This document shows positions 38,795-50,815 of a DNA stretch of 64,000 bases, one piece after another. Each line of letters starts with the position of its first letter. Positions within the stretch are counted from its first letter, which is position 1. Both the position numbers and the translations under genes were made by a program. The stretch covers positions 27,282,001 through 27,346,000 of the forward strand of contig NC_045696.1 of assembly GCF_009834535.1 (NCBI RefSeq). Reading direction: 5' to 3'. The DNA comes from Camelus ferus. Lineage: Eukaryota. The notes under the pieces are model-generated. The model worked only from the letters and a program-made list of their open reading frames with translations, searched no databases and was not told the DNA's origin.

Positions 38795-38908
38795 GAGAGA
38801 GAGAGAAAGAGAGAGAGAGACAGAGGGAGAGATTGAGAGAAAAGAAGGAGGAAGAGGAGGAGGGAAAACAGGAGAAGGGGGAAGGAGGAAGAAAAGGAAG
38901 GAGAAGAA
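38795..38908. repeat. (GA)n / GGA-rich polypurine tract
   Basis: About 110 nt of nearly uninterrupted purines on the + strand. Confidence 0.9.
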
Positions 38909-41900
38909 ATGCATTGTTTTATATATCTCCCACTCAGGTCTCTTGATGAGATGTGATCTGGTTTCATGCTGGCCATCCAAAGGCTGTAAGGCAAAGCTGC
39001 CATGTACCCATGACTAGTTCAATACGGACTTATGACGGAATGAGAGCGACTCTACCCTACAGATGGGTTAAACTAAGAAAAAAAGATTGTATGCTAATAT
39101 TTACACTTTTAAACTATAGATTATAAAAAAAGAATTAGTTAGATTTCAATCACACACATTGTGAAATATTTTCACCTGAATGTTACTAATCCACTTATTT
39201 GTCCATTCTTATGTAAAGCCCCTTCCTCTTTACAGCCTACTTGATGTTCATGAGATTTGCACACAAAAAATCTTGTACAACAAAAGGATGCCTGGGTAAG
39301 GACATATACAGTGTAAGGAAATATGAAACTGACAAATTGAAAACAAATGACCATTCTGCATTTTCCCTGGTGACGTTAAAAGGGACAACATTACAAGGAG
39401 GAAAACTTAACTTACTGTAGGTTTTTCAACTGTTCTCTTAGGAGTGGAATAGAGAGGAAAAACAGGCAATTAGAATCTCTCCATTGGCGTTCGATATTTG
39501 CTTGGGCTCCATGCATACAAGAGAACGTGATCCAATTTCATTTGTTTGCTGGTACACTTTACAAAACCATTTAAAAACCAACATGATTTCTGCCAGGAGT
39601 TTAAATACACTCGATCATCAGAGAGAAGCAACAAGAGACTCATGCAGAAAAAGCAATTATCCCAGTGGGAACACGTGGCTCTCTACACAGCTTGGTGAGC
39701 TGCCAGCTGAGAACACAGGCCTGGGCGAATTGCTGCCGAGGACTATGGCAGCTGCATTTCTCTGTTATGTTCATTTCTCCTGCTAAACTTCTCGTTTCTT
39801 CCTCATAGCAGTTTATAAATTGATAGTTGGCTGTTTGCTGCTGCAGAAGCACACCTATGATAATTTGATTACAGACTACATCAGGAAGAGCAGAATTGCT
39901 AATTGCAGACAAGTGGGAGCCACCCTGCAGAGAGACGACGTTAAGTTAAAGAGAGAGGATGATTTTCTTCATGAAGGTATAAATGACTACCTTTCTCTAT
40001 CTAGTTTGTATCACTAGAGGAACTTTCCATGAATCCTAGTTTTAACAAGAAATAGTCCAAAAAACACACAGTCTCATTAAAACACACCTATTTTCCTTGC
40101 GTAAGTGTGGCTCCAAGGCAGTCTGAAGACTTGGGTTTGGCATTTTCTCTTGGATGCCCAATTTCTTAAGCCAGTCAACCGGGAAAGCCACCTCTAATTT
40201 ATTGTACTCCAAACCAGGGCCAGACAACTGCTGAGTGCTGGTGAAATGGAGAGCAGATGAAACAGGGAGGCTTTTAGCTGATTCCCCAGGTGTCTGGTTC
40301 CTAAGTCATTAAGATCAGAACCCCAAAGTGAATCCTACAAAAAAGAGGCAATATAAAGAGTGGTTCTGGAAGAAAAGAGCCTTGGCTAGCTCTTCCCCCA
40401 AATAAGTAAGGTGATTGATTTTTACCTCTGCAAATTCTACATATTCCATGGTAGTACTCTGCATGCATATGAAAAATTAATTTAGTTCAGAGCCATTAAA
40501 GTTAATGTATTAGTTCCTTCACAGGTCTCATGAAACAATGTCCTGCTGTTTTAAAGGTAAAAACAAAGTCTTATGGGCAATTTTCACTTTCCTACGAAAC
40601 CAGGATTGCTTTTTATCACCTCTTCCAACCATCTGGCTATAATTCTGAATTTACATATAGCCACTGTTAGGATAGCCTGAAATAAAAATCTATGGAGGAA
40701 TTATGACTACACTCTAGAAATAAAGATGACAAATGCTCATCATATTTGAGGGGAGAAAAGCTCATTTTCAAACACTTGGCTCTTTTGAGTTACAAATGCA
40801 CCAGCTGAAAATACTTTTCAAACAGTAAATCCTTTTTCTCACCACGGGTTCTTATGCTTAGTTTTCTTCTACAGTTTTGGTCTGGTGTGAGAATTTCCCT
40901 CACCACCAAGTTCCTTGCGAAGATAATGCCTTTTCCAGAGACTGTATTTTGTTATTCTTGAAATTTAAATTCACTTGTAGTATGAAGAAGACATATAACC
41001 ATGGCAGACAAAGTCAAACCAAAGTTGAGTATGTAAGGGATTCTTGGATTCAGAAATGCAGAATGACTTTATGAAAATTAAGTAAGGAAAATTGCTTTAT
41101 GGCAATATATTTGTAATCTGCACAAATAAAAAAAGCAACAAAAGTGTTTAATACTGTTAATGAAGATTCTATATAAGTAGGAAGACCCCTAAAGTCGCTA
41201 CAAATTGAAATAAACACTCATTCCTGCTCTGTGGTATTTTAATCTAGAAGAGTCAAAGGAGAACAAGAAGAGACTTGCAAGTGACAAGCTTAATTGATTA
41301 ATCAGAGTCAGGGCTCAACAGACAGGGTCAGAGATTCAATATCCATTTGGCCCGTTGCTTCATTCTCTTTTATTGATCACAAGACTACGCCGGGACCTAG
41401 CTCACTTGTTTGGCAAATGTGTGCCTCATTTTATGAGACACACAATAAGATAAAAGACAAGAACCCCCTCTCAACCACCACTGCACGTATGTTGAAACAA
41501 ATGAAAATACATCCACGTACAACTTAAGAGAAAGCAAGTAGGGTAATTTACACACATGAGGAAGAAAATAAAATCTTGGAAAGAAAGGTCTAACTAAGGC
41601 TTAAAGGAACTCTTTTTGGTGGGTTATCTTAACCTCCAGAATTACCCACATGTACTTCTTACTGTTTCTTGAGAACTGATGGTTACCTTGAGGACAAATA
41701 AGAAATAAAAATAAATGTATTCTGCCCCTTATATTTCTATAGTTATCTGTGAAAACAAAATAAAAGAGAAAATGTCTATCTGAAGAGTACTTCAAAAATT
41801 GTTTGAAATGATACTGGTTTGTGATAATCTTTCTCAGCAATAGTTCTGTTCCACAGTCAAGACAAAAACAAACTGAACAGAAATGCAGTGCAAAAAGTAT

Positions 41901-42609
41901 TCATGGCGTGACGGGTCTCAGTGTTTTGGATTGCTCCCAACCCTAAGGCTGTAAGTTACAAGGTTTGAACTGTAAGTTCAAATTCAGAATTTTGTGAATC
42001 CTCAGTTGCTTCCATACAAATCTAAGTAGGAGTTTTCAGCATTAAGTGGTGGGAAAGGTTCTGGCGTTAACGTCACTGGGGAGATTAAGGAGCAAAGTAA
42101 AGTCAACCCAAAAACAAAAACAAACAAACAAAAAACTTGATCCTATGTTTCCTGCTTCTCTTATATAAAATGCAAGTTCTATGATGGCAAGGAGTTTGTC
42201 ATATCTCTAGAATCCAGCGCAACACCTACACAGAACGCATGCTACCAGATTTTTCAAGATCTGAGAAATAGGATACAAAGAATTCTTTGATTTCAGTCAC
42301 CCTTTCCTCATAAAAAGGCTTAATATTTTAGAATTTATATTAGAAGTACACTCTTCTATTGCCTTGTAGAAGACAAAGTCAAATTCCGATGACTTCATAC
42401 CAAAGCAGCAAATAAATTTAAATTTGCTGGTGTTTCAGTATTAGTTTTAAATGACTTAACAATTGGAAAGACTGAATACCTGAAAAAAATCATGTCCTAA
42501 GTGTAAAATCTTTGTGACAGTTTTCTCCACAAACACATGAAAAATACATCATGAACCTGTAGTAAATTTCACAAATGTACTACTGCATTTAAACAATAAT
42601 CTGGGATAT

Positions 42610-42830
42610 TATTATTGTGATGAATGAGAATCATGATGTAGGAACATGGGCCAGGTACCTGACGTTGCTGCATGCATCACCTTTCATTTTTACAATAGTC
42701 TCACAGGTGAGGTATATTTTTCTATTTGGGGATGAGAAAACTAGTGCTCACAAAATGTCAGAAACTTGCTCCAGATCATTTGGTAAGGGGATTGGAGCTC
42801 ATTCTGCATAAATCCCAAGTAAAGCTTACA
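42610..42830 (-). mobile_element. MIR SINE, degraded
   Basis: 'tcatttttacaatagtctcacaggtgaggtat...tttggggatgagaaaactagtgctca...aacttgctccagatca'. Confidence 0.6.
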
Positions 42831-45800
42831 CAGTGCACTTTCTTTTGGACAGAAAACAAGAGCTCGTATTTTCTGTGCTTCTCATGCCACGAACTACAAA
42901 TTAGCAATATCTTGCAAATGTACAGATTTTGAGACCCAATGGCTTGGCAAAGAACTAGGTACTAGTGGTGGACCTCCCTGAGTGCATTAGATTGATGGCC
43001 TTCCTTCCATTACATCCCATATTTAAGCCTGAGTGATTGGGATAGCCAACCTAATTGCCATTAATCCATCTAGCTGCCAGTGGAAAAAGACATGCATGTT
43101 TACGCTTCACCTATGCATGTGTTCTTTGCAGGAGAGATCTAGCTAGGTAAATAGCTTACATTAGTTCCTCTAATGGAGGAATGGCTCTTCTTTTCCCATA
43201 TATACATGTACTTATTACTATGACATATTTAAAATTTGAACAGAATATTTGTAATCTTTCCTAATAAAGATGAGAAAATCTGACATGATTTTTTATAAGC
43301 ATGATGCATGGAGCAATATGGTGATGTGATCTATCTAGATAAGGGAAGAGTGACACCATGAATGTTAAAAGGCAAAGAGATAAGAAATAATGGATTCCTT
43401 AGCAAATTACACTTTATCCACTCAAGGAGACAGAGTTCCATTATTTTCAACCAGTATTATACAGATTGCATTCAACTGCTTTTGAAATTTTCCCATACAA
43501 GATGATGCTCTGAAAGGTGACTCAACCATGAGCCTGTTTCTAGTGTGATCAGCCTTTTAAGCTTGGTGATTCCTAGATTTGTAAGATTTAAGAATAAAAA
43601 ACCTGTGCCATCTGTTAGTAATTGTGTTAATGCACATTGGATTATTTTACAAGTGTATGATTTATCATATTATCAAATTCTTCAGGCTTAAGGAGATAAA
43701 AATTGAAGTGGTCAGATGTTACCAATAGAGGTTTAGTACTTTTAAAGCAACTAGTCTTTAAACAAAAGGAATGCAGTCAGCATTAGATTAGAACACATCA
43801 GCCCCAGCATAAGATTTGGGATTATTTTTTGGGAGGGTGTCTTTAAAAGTGACAATATGAACAAGATGCAGAAGTAGGTAAAACCGATTTTAGCCAATTA
43901 TAAATAATGAAAAAGAAATCCCAACTCCTTTGCTCCGATTAAAAGTAATTTAAAATTTAAAGGCTTAAAATAATTTCTTTGATTTTTGCCTTTTGAACAG
44001 TATTTTAAGGAAAGAATGCTGTATAATCAAGAGCACTTTTGAATTTACTACTTTTTTTTTAAAGATTATAATTTATTCTTCCTGTGGTAAACAGAAAAAT
44101 AAAATTATGTCTGGGCCATCATGAGCAAATGCCAAAATTACAAGCATTCAGAAAAGTCAAATTTTTTAAACCAGAGAATTTACCTAGAAGTATTCTGATA
44201 TATAGGCAAGATTTATAAGCAACGTTTTAAGATAAATGTTAAAACTATATCTTTAGAGAAACATTTCATCTGTGATTAATAGAACACTGAAAATAAAATA
44301 AACTGGTTAGAACAGCATCCTTGAAACCACAAAAGATTGTACCTTTAATTTGGCAAACTACTTTAACCTATAATTAAACAAAGTGCTCCCAGACAGTAGT
44401 AAAATTCCACTAGTCCTTGGTTATTTGGAGAAATGTAATGGCTTGATCAAATATATCAAAGTGCTTGGAAAGTGAAGAAACACAGCTGCTTGAGTGAGCG
44501 TGCGTTACCAGGGGACAACAACGTTCGTAAGTCAGCTATCTAAGTTAGGGCATCAGGCTAGTTTGAAATTCCTTCTGCGGGCTCTGTCTCTGACCATGGG
44601 TGTTCGTTCTGTAGCGTTATAACACTTCTGGTGGTAGACTGTATTGATAATGACATCGAGTTATGAGCTATAACTTTTTAAAGCTAATTACTCAAATTTC
44701 TGAGACACTTTCTGCTTTCTGGAAGATCTACCTGGACCAGGGGTCACGGCTGCTGAGCAGCAGCGAGCATCACATCAGGGTTTGACCCAGGGAATTCCAG
44801 AAGTTGGTGGAATTCCATACTGAAGGCGGCTAGGCAGATCTACTAGGTACTCCTCTATGTCTTCGAATGTCGCTTTGGCTGAAACTAACATTTTGGGTGG
44901 GACTCGATCTAGGAAAAATTATTCAGAACTGTTGTTGAGAAAGCCTACTTGGAAACAAAAAATTCAGAAGGTGAGAATCATCTCAAGAGATTTAAAAGAG
45001 TATTGACAATCAATATGCAGCACAAAGCAGGATTTAAAAAAAAAAATCAACATTATACGACACCAAAACTGTTCAAGAGTATTCTGATTTTTCACATACA
45101 TTGGGAGTTGGGACTTTGACTCATATGGAAGTTCATTACACTTCTTAGAGGAAACTTTGAAATCTTAGAGTATATTGTTTCCTGAAGTCACCAAAGATTA
45201 TTTGCTAAACTAGAAAATATTTCATCTGGCCCTCCTTAGCCTCTGCCACCTTATCTCTGCATCCAAATGTACTTGCCCCCTCTCTGTAGTACTTGAGTCA
45301 TTTTACATGGATTTTTAAGGATTTTATTAGGAATTACAACTAGGTGTCTCAAGAAACCCAGATGAATATGGGCATGTAGACTACAGAGCCCCTAAAAGTG
45401 TATGTCACAAAGGAGACTCACATATTTGATGTATACCTAAAAAATCTGATAAAAACAGGATATACTCCAGTATTTTATTAGTATTATTTTTGTTTTATCC
45501 ACTAAATAATTCAAAAGAGTTCTTTTTCATTCTGCAGTTAAAAGTCTCTGGTCTCTCACCTCTCCAAATTATTAATATCGATGCAGAATGAACACTAATG
45601 GGAAATCAAGAGAAAAGTACTTACAATAACATCTTACAATGAGGCTTGTTACTGTGAGTCCTCAAAATACTATCACTACTCTGGTTTGATTCTCATTATG
45701 ACCCTAATAAATACTCATGGAATATTTTCAACAATTAAAGGATTTGACCAAGGTCTAGTTATTAATGCAATTTCAAAAAGGAGCTTCAGACATCAGAGGC

Positions 45801-46312
45801 TTTCCCAAGATGGCCATAAATTAAGTTTAACTTGCTGTTTAAATGACTGTAATTTATTTTTATTTTTGGATATGATCCAGAGGAAAACTCTAAGACTCAA
45901 TCACTTAAGATGAATTTAGATATCTTCCTAACAACATACTTGGTAAAGCAAAAATGTGTACAGAATTATTAATCAAATTGACACAAGACCGTGTTTGTAC
46001 CTAATAGATAAATAAGCATGGAAATCATTGAAAATAATATCTTCCATAACTGGTACTAAGATAAGAAATAGAATTTAGGACTCGAAACAAGTAGCAAAAT
46101 TGCATGAAATGTATTGAGCAAAACACTTTTACTTATGGATTTTTTGTTAGGAAACATCTTAATCAAATTTAAGTGTTGAGAAGATTTGATTAGTTTGTCA
46201 TGGGAAAAATCAGACCAGGCATTGAGTGGTCTGGGTCTTACTTCTGACTCACAACACAGATCCAGTAGATGACTCAGGGAAAATCAACTCCCCTGCCTTC
46301 CCTTTTCTTCTT

Positions 46313-46412
46313 AAAAGAATATAAAAACGAATATATGTATATATATATGCATGACTGGGCATTTCTATGTGCCAGAAATGGACACATTGTAACTGACTGT
46401 ACTTCAATTAAA
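46313..46412 (+). mobile_element. Very short L1 3'-terminal insertion, apparently interrupting a MIR remnant
   Basis: 'tgcatgactgggcatttctatgtgccagaaatggacacattgtaactgactgtacttcaattaaaa' is clearly homologous to 21082-21189. Confidence 0.8.
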
Positions 46413-46729
46413 ACAATAAGTGAAAGGGCTTGCCCATTTACAATCTCTCAAATCAGCTCCATCTCTAAGATTCTGTGAATACCTGTAAGTCACACTTAGA
46501 GAACTATATTTACTCACATAATTAACCTGGGTAATAGCTCCTCCTTCTCTTACTGTTAAGCCAACGAAAATACATACTTTAGGAAAATGGTGTGGATGAT
46601 ACCTCCTTCCCAATTTATAGGGGAATAAGAAAATGAATATATAAGTGCATATGGAAATAATATCAGGTATGTTCAAAACAGCAACTTTTCAGTGCTAGGT
46701 ATGCTGGAAGACATTATTCTGATTTATAT

Positions 46730-47090
46730 TTCATTCATTTAATATTTCCCCAAGAAATATGTAGTGAGCTCCAACCATTAGACAGACACAGGGAATACAG
46801 CTGGCCCTTATGTAATATACATAAGACATTATGCATATTAGATGAGTAATATATAACTAATGATTTGCAACAGATTAAAAGAGAGACACTTAGCAAAAGG
46901 AAAGGGAATAGACAACAGGAAGATAAACCTAGCGTGGAAGTGTAGAGTAGGGTTTTGCAGAAGGCTCCTCAGAAGAAGTTGCCTTTAAGGTGAAACTTAA
47001 AAATGAGTGAGTCAAACCAAGAGGGTGTAGGTGTCAAAACATTCCAGGCAGAGGGAACAGAATAAGCAAAGACTCTCATAGTTTGGTACT
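46730..47090 (-). mobile_element. L2 LINE 3' fragment
   Basis: Begins ttcattcattt (reverse tail). Contains 'gaaggctcctcagaagaagttgcctttaagg' and 'acattccaggcagagggaacagaataagcaaagact'. Confidence 0.72.
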
Positions 47091-49034
47091 GCAAACTCCT
47101 GGTACCCAAGCTTTTAAATGCACATCTAACACACATGTAATGGAAAGCTAGAGCAACACCCAAATAAATACTCACTAGAATTATGTTTATGATGAATGTT
47201 ATCATCTAAACTAATCTGTGCACTAGAATTGAGAAGCCCTTAGTTTATTGCAATCCTCTCACAAGAGTACTTGGACTTCGCAGGTAGGTCTTAAATGCCT
47301 GGCTTTCTTTTTCCTAGTTTCAGCACCCAAACATGCTGAGCATGTGTAATTATTTAAATAGACTTATGAGTTTTGGGAAAGGTTCAGGATGTTCCTTAGG
47401 AAGATGAAACAGCCTCTCTCAACTGGCATACCTCATCTGAATCACAGCATTTCCCAGTTCCCCTAAGAACTGTCTGTAACTAGAACTGTTCTAGATGCAC
47501 ACGGGGAAAGTCACCATATTACACATCGTGGATGCCGCAGGGCATCAGGGCTTAATTCTCCTGTGGAATCCCCAGTTGATGACTGCATTTCACAATAAGG
47601 GTGTGTGCAGGATTCAAATTAGTTTCTTAATATCAGTATTAGTCTAAAAACTTTACTTACTCATAATAGTCACCTACAGGAAATAATCGTAGTGATTCTG
47701 TAGAAATTGATTTTCTTACAGTTGTGAATCATATGTAAATAGAAATTTAGATGAGCCAAAAAATGCTGACTCTATTGTAATATACATATGTGGTCTTGTT
47801 TATTCAGAAAAGCTGAAACTGCGGTCACACAGTTTCCCATTTTCCTTTTCCATCAAGGTTTCCATTTTAGGCAGGTATACCGGCAACAATAATAACCAGA
47901 ATACCGATTACTAACATGATAGAGACGTCACCATTTAAAACAGCATCTAACCTGTATTTTCTCATTGAGTTCTCAAGACACTGTAAACCGATACAGGTAT
48001 TATGAGGCAATTCATTTCTCTGATGGAAACAATGAAATCTGTAGAGATAAATGCCCATAAATTCATGCATTTAGTAAGTCTTAAAACCTGAAGTTATAAC
48101 GTGATCTTATAATGTATAAAAACTATCTTTAATTTTACTAGCCCACTGTGTTTCAATTAATAGATTTGAAAAGTAAGTGTAATAGGGCATAAATTTACTT
48201 TTTAACTCACTTCTTCAGTCCCATGATTCATATTATAGATGTATATTTTGATTAACTTATATTTAAATCATGAATATAATTTTTATTCTTTAAAAAAGCT
48301 AAAATATACAATGTGGAAGACTTTATGTAAGATGGACAGGGAAAAAAGTTCTCATTCAATACGCCAGTTTCCTCTGACTTCCACACAACTGAACTACATA
48401 TTCATTTTGCAGGAACACAAACTTAACTTCTCAGGGAAAAGGGGCCCTATGACATCAGCTTCATTAAGCATGCTGATTTCCTGCAGGGGAGCAAAGGGGA
48501 AAAGGAAGCAACAGACAGTGAACAATGAAAGAAGCTGGAAGACCAGAGGAAAGCACCGATCGAAGGAAGGGAGGAGGAGCAGATGGCTGAGGAAGGAGAC
48601 ATGTGGGAATTGGGGGGAAAGGAAGCAATTGGCAAGGAGAGGGCTGAATGCCAAATTTATGAAGGATCTGGAGGACACTGGGGATTTGGATGGGATGTGA
48701 GTCAGCTGCTTTTTACCAAAATATCACACCAACAAGGGAAATCAAAGAAACCTACAAAGACACAGAGGAAGCAGAAAAGGATTGGAAAAAGAACGATGAC
48801 ATATTGCATTCAGACGATCATACCTCTCAGCATGGGGAATGGGAAGTGTTAAATAATTTTTTATGTATAACTTAATTCTTCTCCTAACTTTATTAATGAT
48901 TTTTAGATCTTTGATTTGCTTATGAAAGGAATAATATACATACAACTTTTCTCTTTAAACTATATTTTACTTGACCTTGTATGAATGTGATTTCTTATTT
49001 ATATATAAATCAATTCCTTTAAACTAGCTAGTCT

Positions 49035-49155
49035 TAGGGTGACCAGCTATACCAGTTTTCCCAGCAGTGAGAGTTTTTTTTTTCCCCTGCGACTATAGAT
49101 TTTCAGTGCTAACACCAGGACAGTCTCCTGTAAACCAAGATGGTTGATTATCCCA
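49035..49155. mobile_element. MER94-like hAT-Blackjack MITE
   Basis: Starts with TAGGGTGACCA, has an internal 'ttttcagtgctaacaccaggacagtc', and ends with a degenerate inverted terminus 'tgattatccca'. Confidence 0.7.
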
Positions 49156-50539
49156 TCTAAGTAAAAACCTTAAGAAAAGGATACTAAATACCCTGTGCTC
49201 ATCATGTTAAAACACATAAATGCTGTGAAATTTTTCACACATTTTCAAAGGGAATGAATTAACTCTTAATACAGTTATGTGATAAGCATATGAAATTGAC
49301 AATAAAATGGTTTCTGGCTGGAGTAAGGCTTTGATGAAAATAAATAACTTTTAATAAAAAGTATTTCCTCATAATCCGAATTATTTTTTCAATTAAGTAA
49401 CAAAAAACCCTGTAAGACACAGAATATCTGTAGCATGTTGCACTGAGGACAGATAGGAAAAAGAATAAAAAATTCAAGGCATAGCTTATTTCAAAGAATA
49501 ATACAAGTCACTCAAAAATGTTTATGTCACAAAGCCACATTCAAAGAGGATGGAAAAAGCATGTATTATTCATCCCTAAATTTTAGCTTAAAAGCTAAGA
49601 ATTTCAAACATGAAAAGATGAATGTCTTTTAAATTCTTCTTTTAAATACTAAAATGAAATAATTCAGGATAAATGACAGTCAAAGATTATTTGAAGAAAC
49701 TTCCTCTGGAATTTTGGAATTGAGTCCAGACAGATCTTACCATTTACACTGTATTGTTACTATGTTAGTTTTTACAATATTTTATTCTATTTATACAAAA
49801 TTGCAAACTACTACATCAGTATTTTCTTTCACTTAATTTCCTATTTGTTTATATAATTTCTTACAGTTGTTTAATTTTTCAGCAATGACTTTTAACATGT
49901 GTATAGCTGATGATATTAGAACCTAGCTAATCTGCAATTTGGACAGTTAACTATAAAGTACATTCAGTTGAATCATTCTCTGATTCATTCTCTTTTAATA
50001 TAAATCCTTCTTTCCCTAAATGCCAAATAGTGAACGGCCATTTATTATCTTCTTTCAATAATCTCCTAGTATCTTTTGAGGTTAGACCTCTAGCGTCCAG
50101 AATAAATAATTTTAGTTTATCTGAACTATAACCTTTGGTTGAACAATAACCTTTTGTCAAACTTGACCATTTCTGTGCCATCTTTTGTGAAACTACTAAA
50201 CTTCAAATTTTGTAGGCCTTTGCTACGTTACAATTTTTATTACTGGACATAATATGGGCTGATTCTCAAATGTACCAAGCTTAGTTTCAAGACCATGGTA
50301 ACCTCCACTGTGCAAACTCATCTCTCCAGACCCTCACAAACTTAAAGACAGTATTTCACGGTGGGAACTAAGAGTTTCTGCCACTCTGAGATGAAATTTG
50401 GCATTGATAGCAAATCAGAGTCCTTATATACACAGCAAAATCTATAGAACCTATAGAAAATGTTATCAGTAAACAAAAAGCAGATGTCCCCACAGCCAAT
50501 TTGGAGTTAAACACTGAGTCAATGACATTTTAGTATTTA

Positions 50540-50815
50540 TGTGACAGGGCTGTTGTCAGGATAAAATGGGTCAATATATGTAAAGGGTCTAGAATAGGGC
50601 CTGGCACATAGTAAGTGCTACAGTAAGTGTTTACTATCATCCTTATCCTCCTCCTCCTCCTCCTCTTCTCCAGAAGACTGAATGGACAGGTATAAGCATG
50701 CTATAATGGAAAGAAAATAACTTACTCACTGAGTTTTAAAGGAGATTAAATGAGATAATATATAGTATCTGGCACATGGCAGGTGCTCAATACACAGTAG
50801 CTATTGTTATTACTA
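50540..50815 (+). mobile_element. Two MIR 3'-end fragments separated by a (CCT)n microsatellite
   Basis: 'atatgtaaagggtctagaatagggcctggcacatagtaagtgc' and 'gattaaatgagataatatatagtatctggcacatggcaggtgctcaata'. Confidence 0.75.

Noticed and set aside
48239..48945. Cluster of overlapping ORFs including the longest in the track (153 aa)
   Set aside because: Purine-rich, compositionally biased sequence, open on both strands, with no recognisable domain or splice context.
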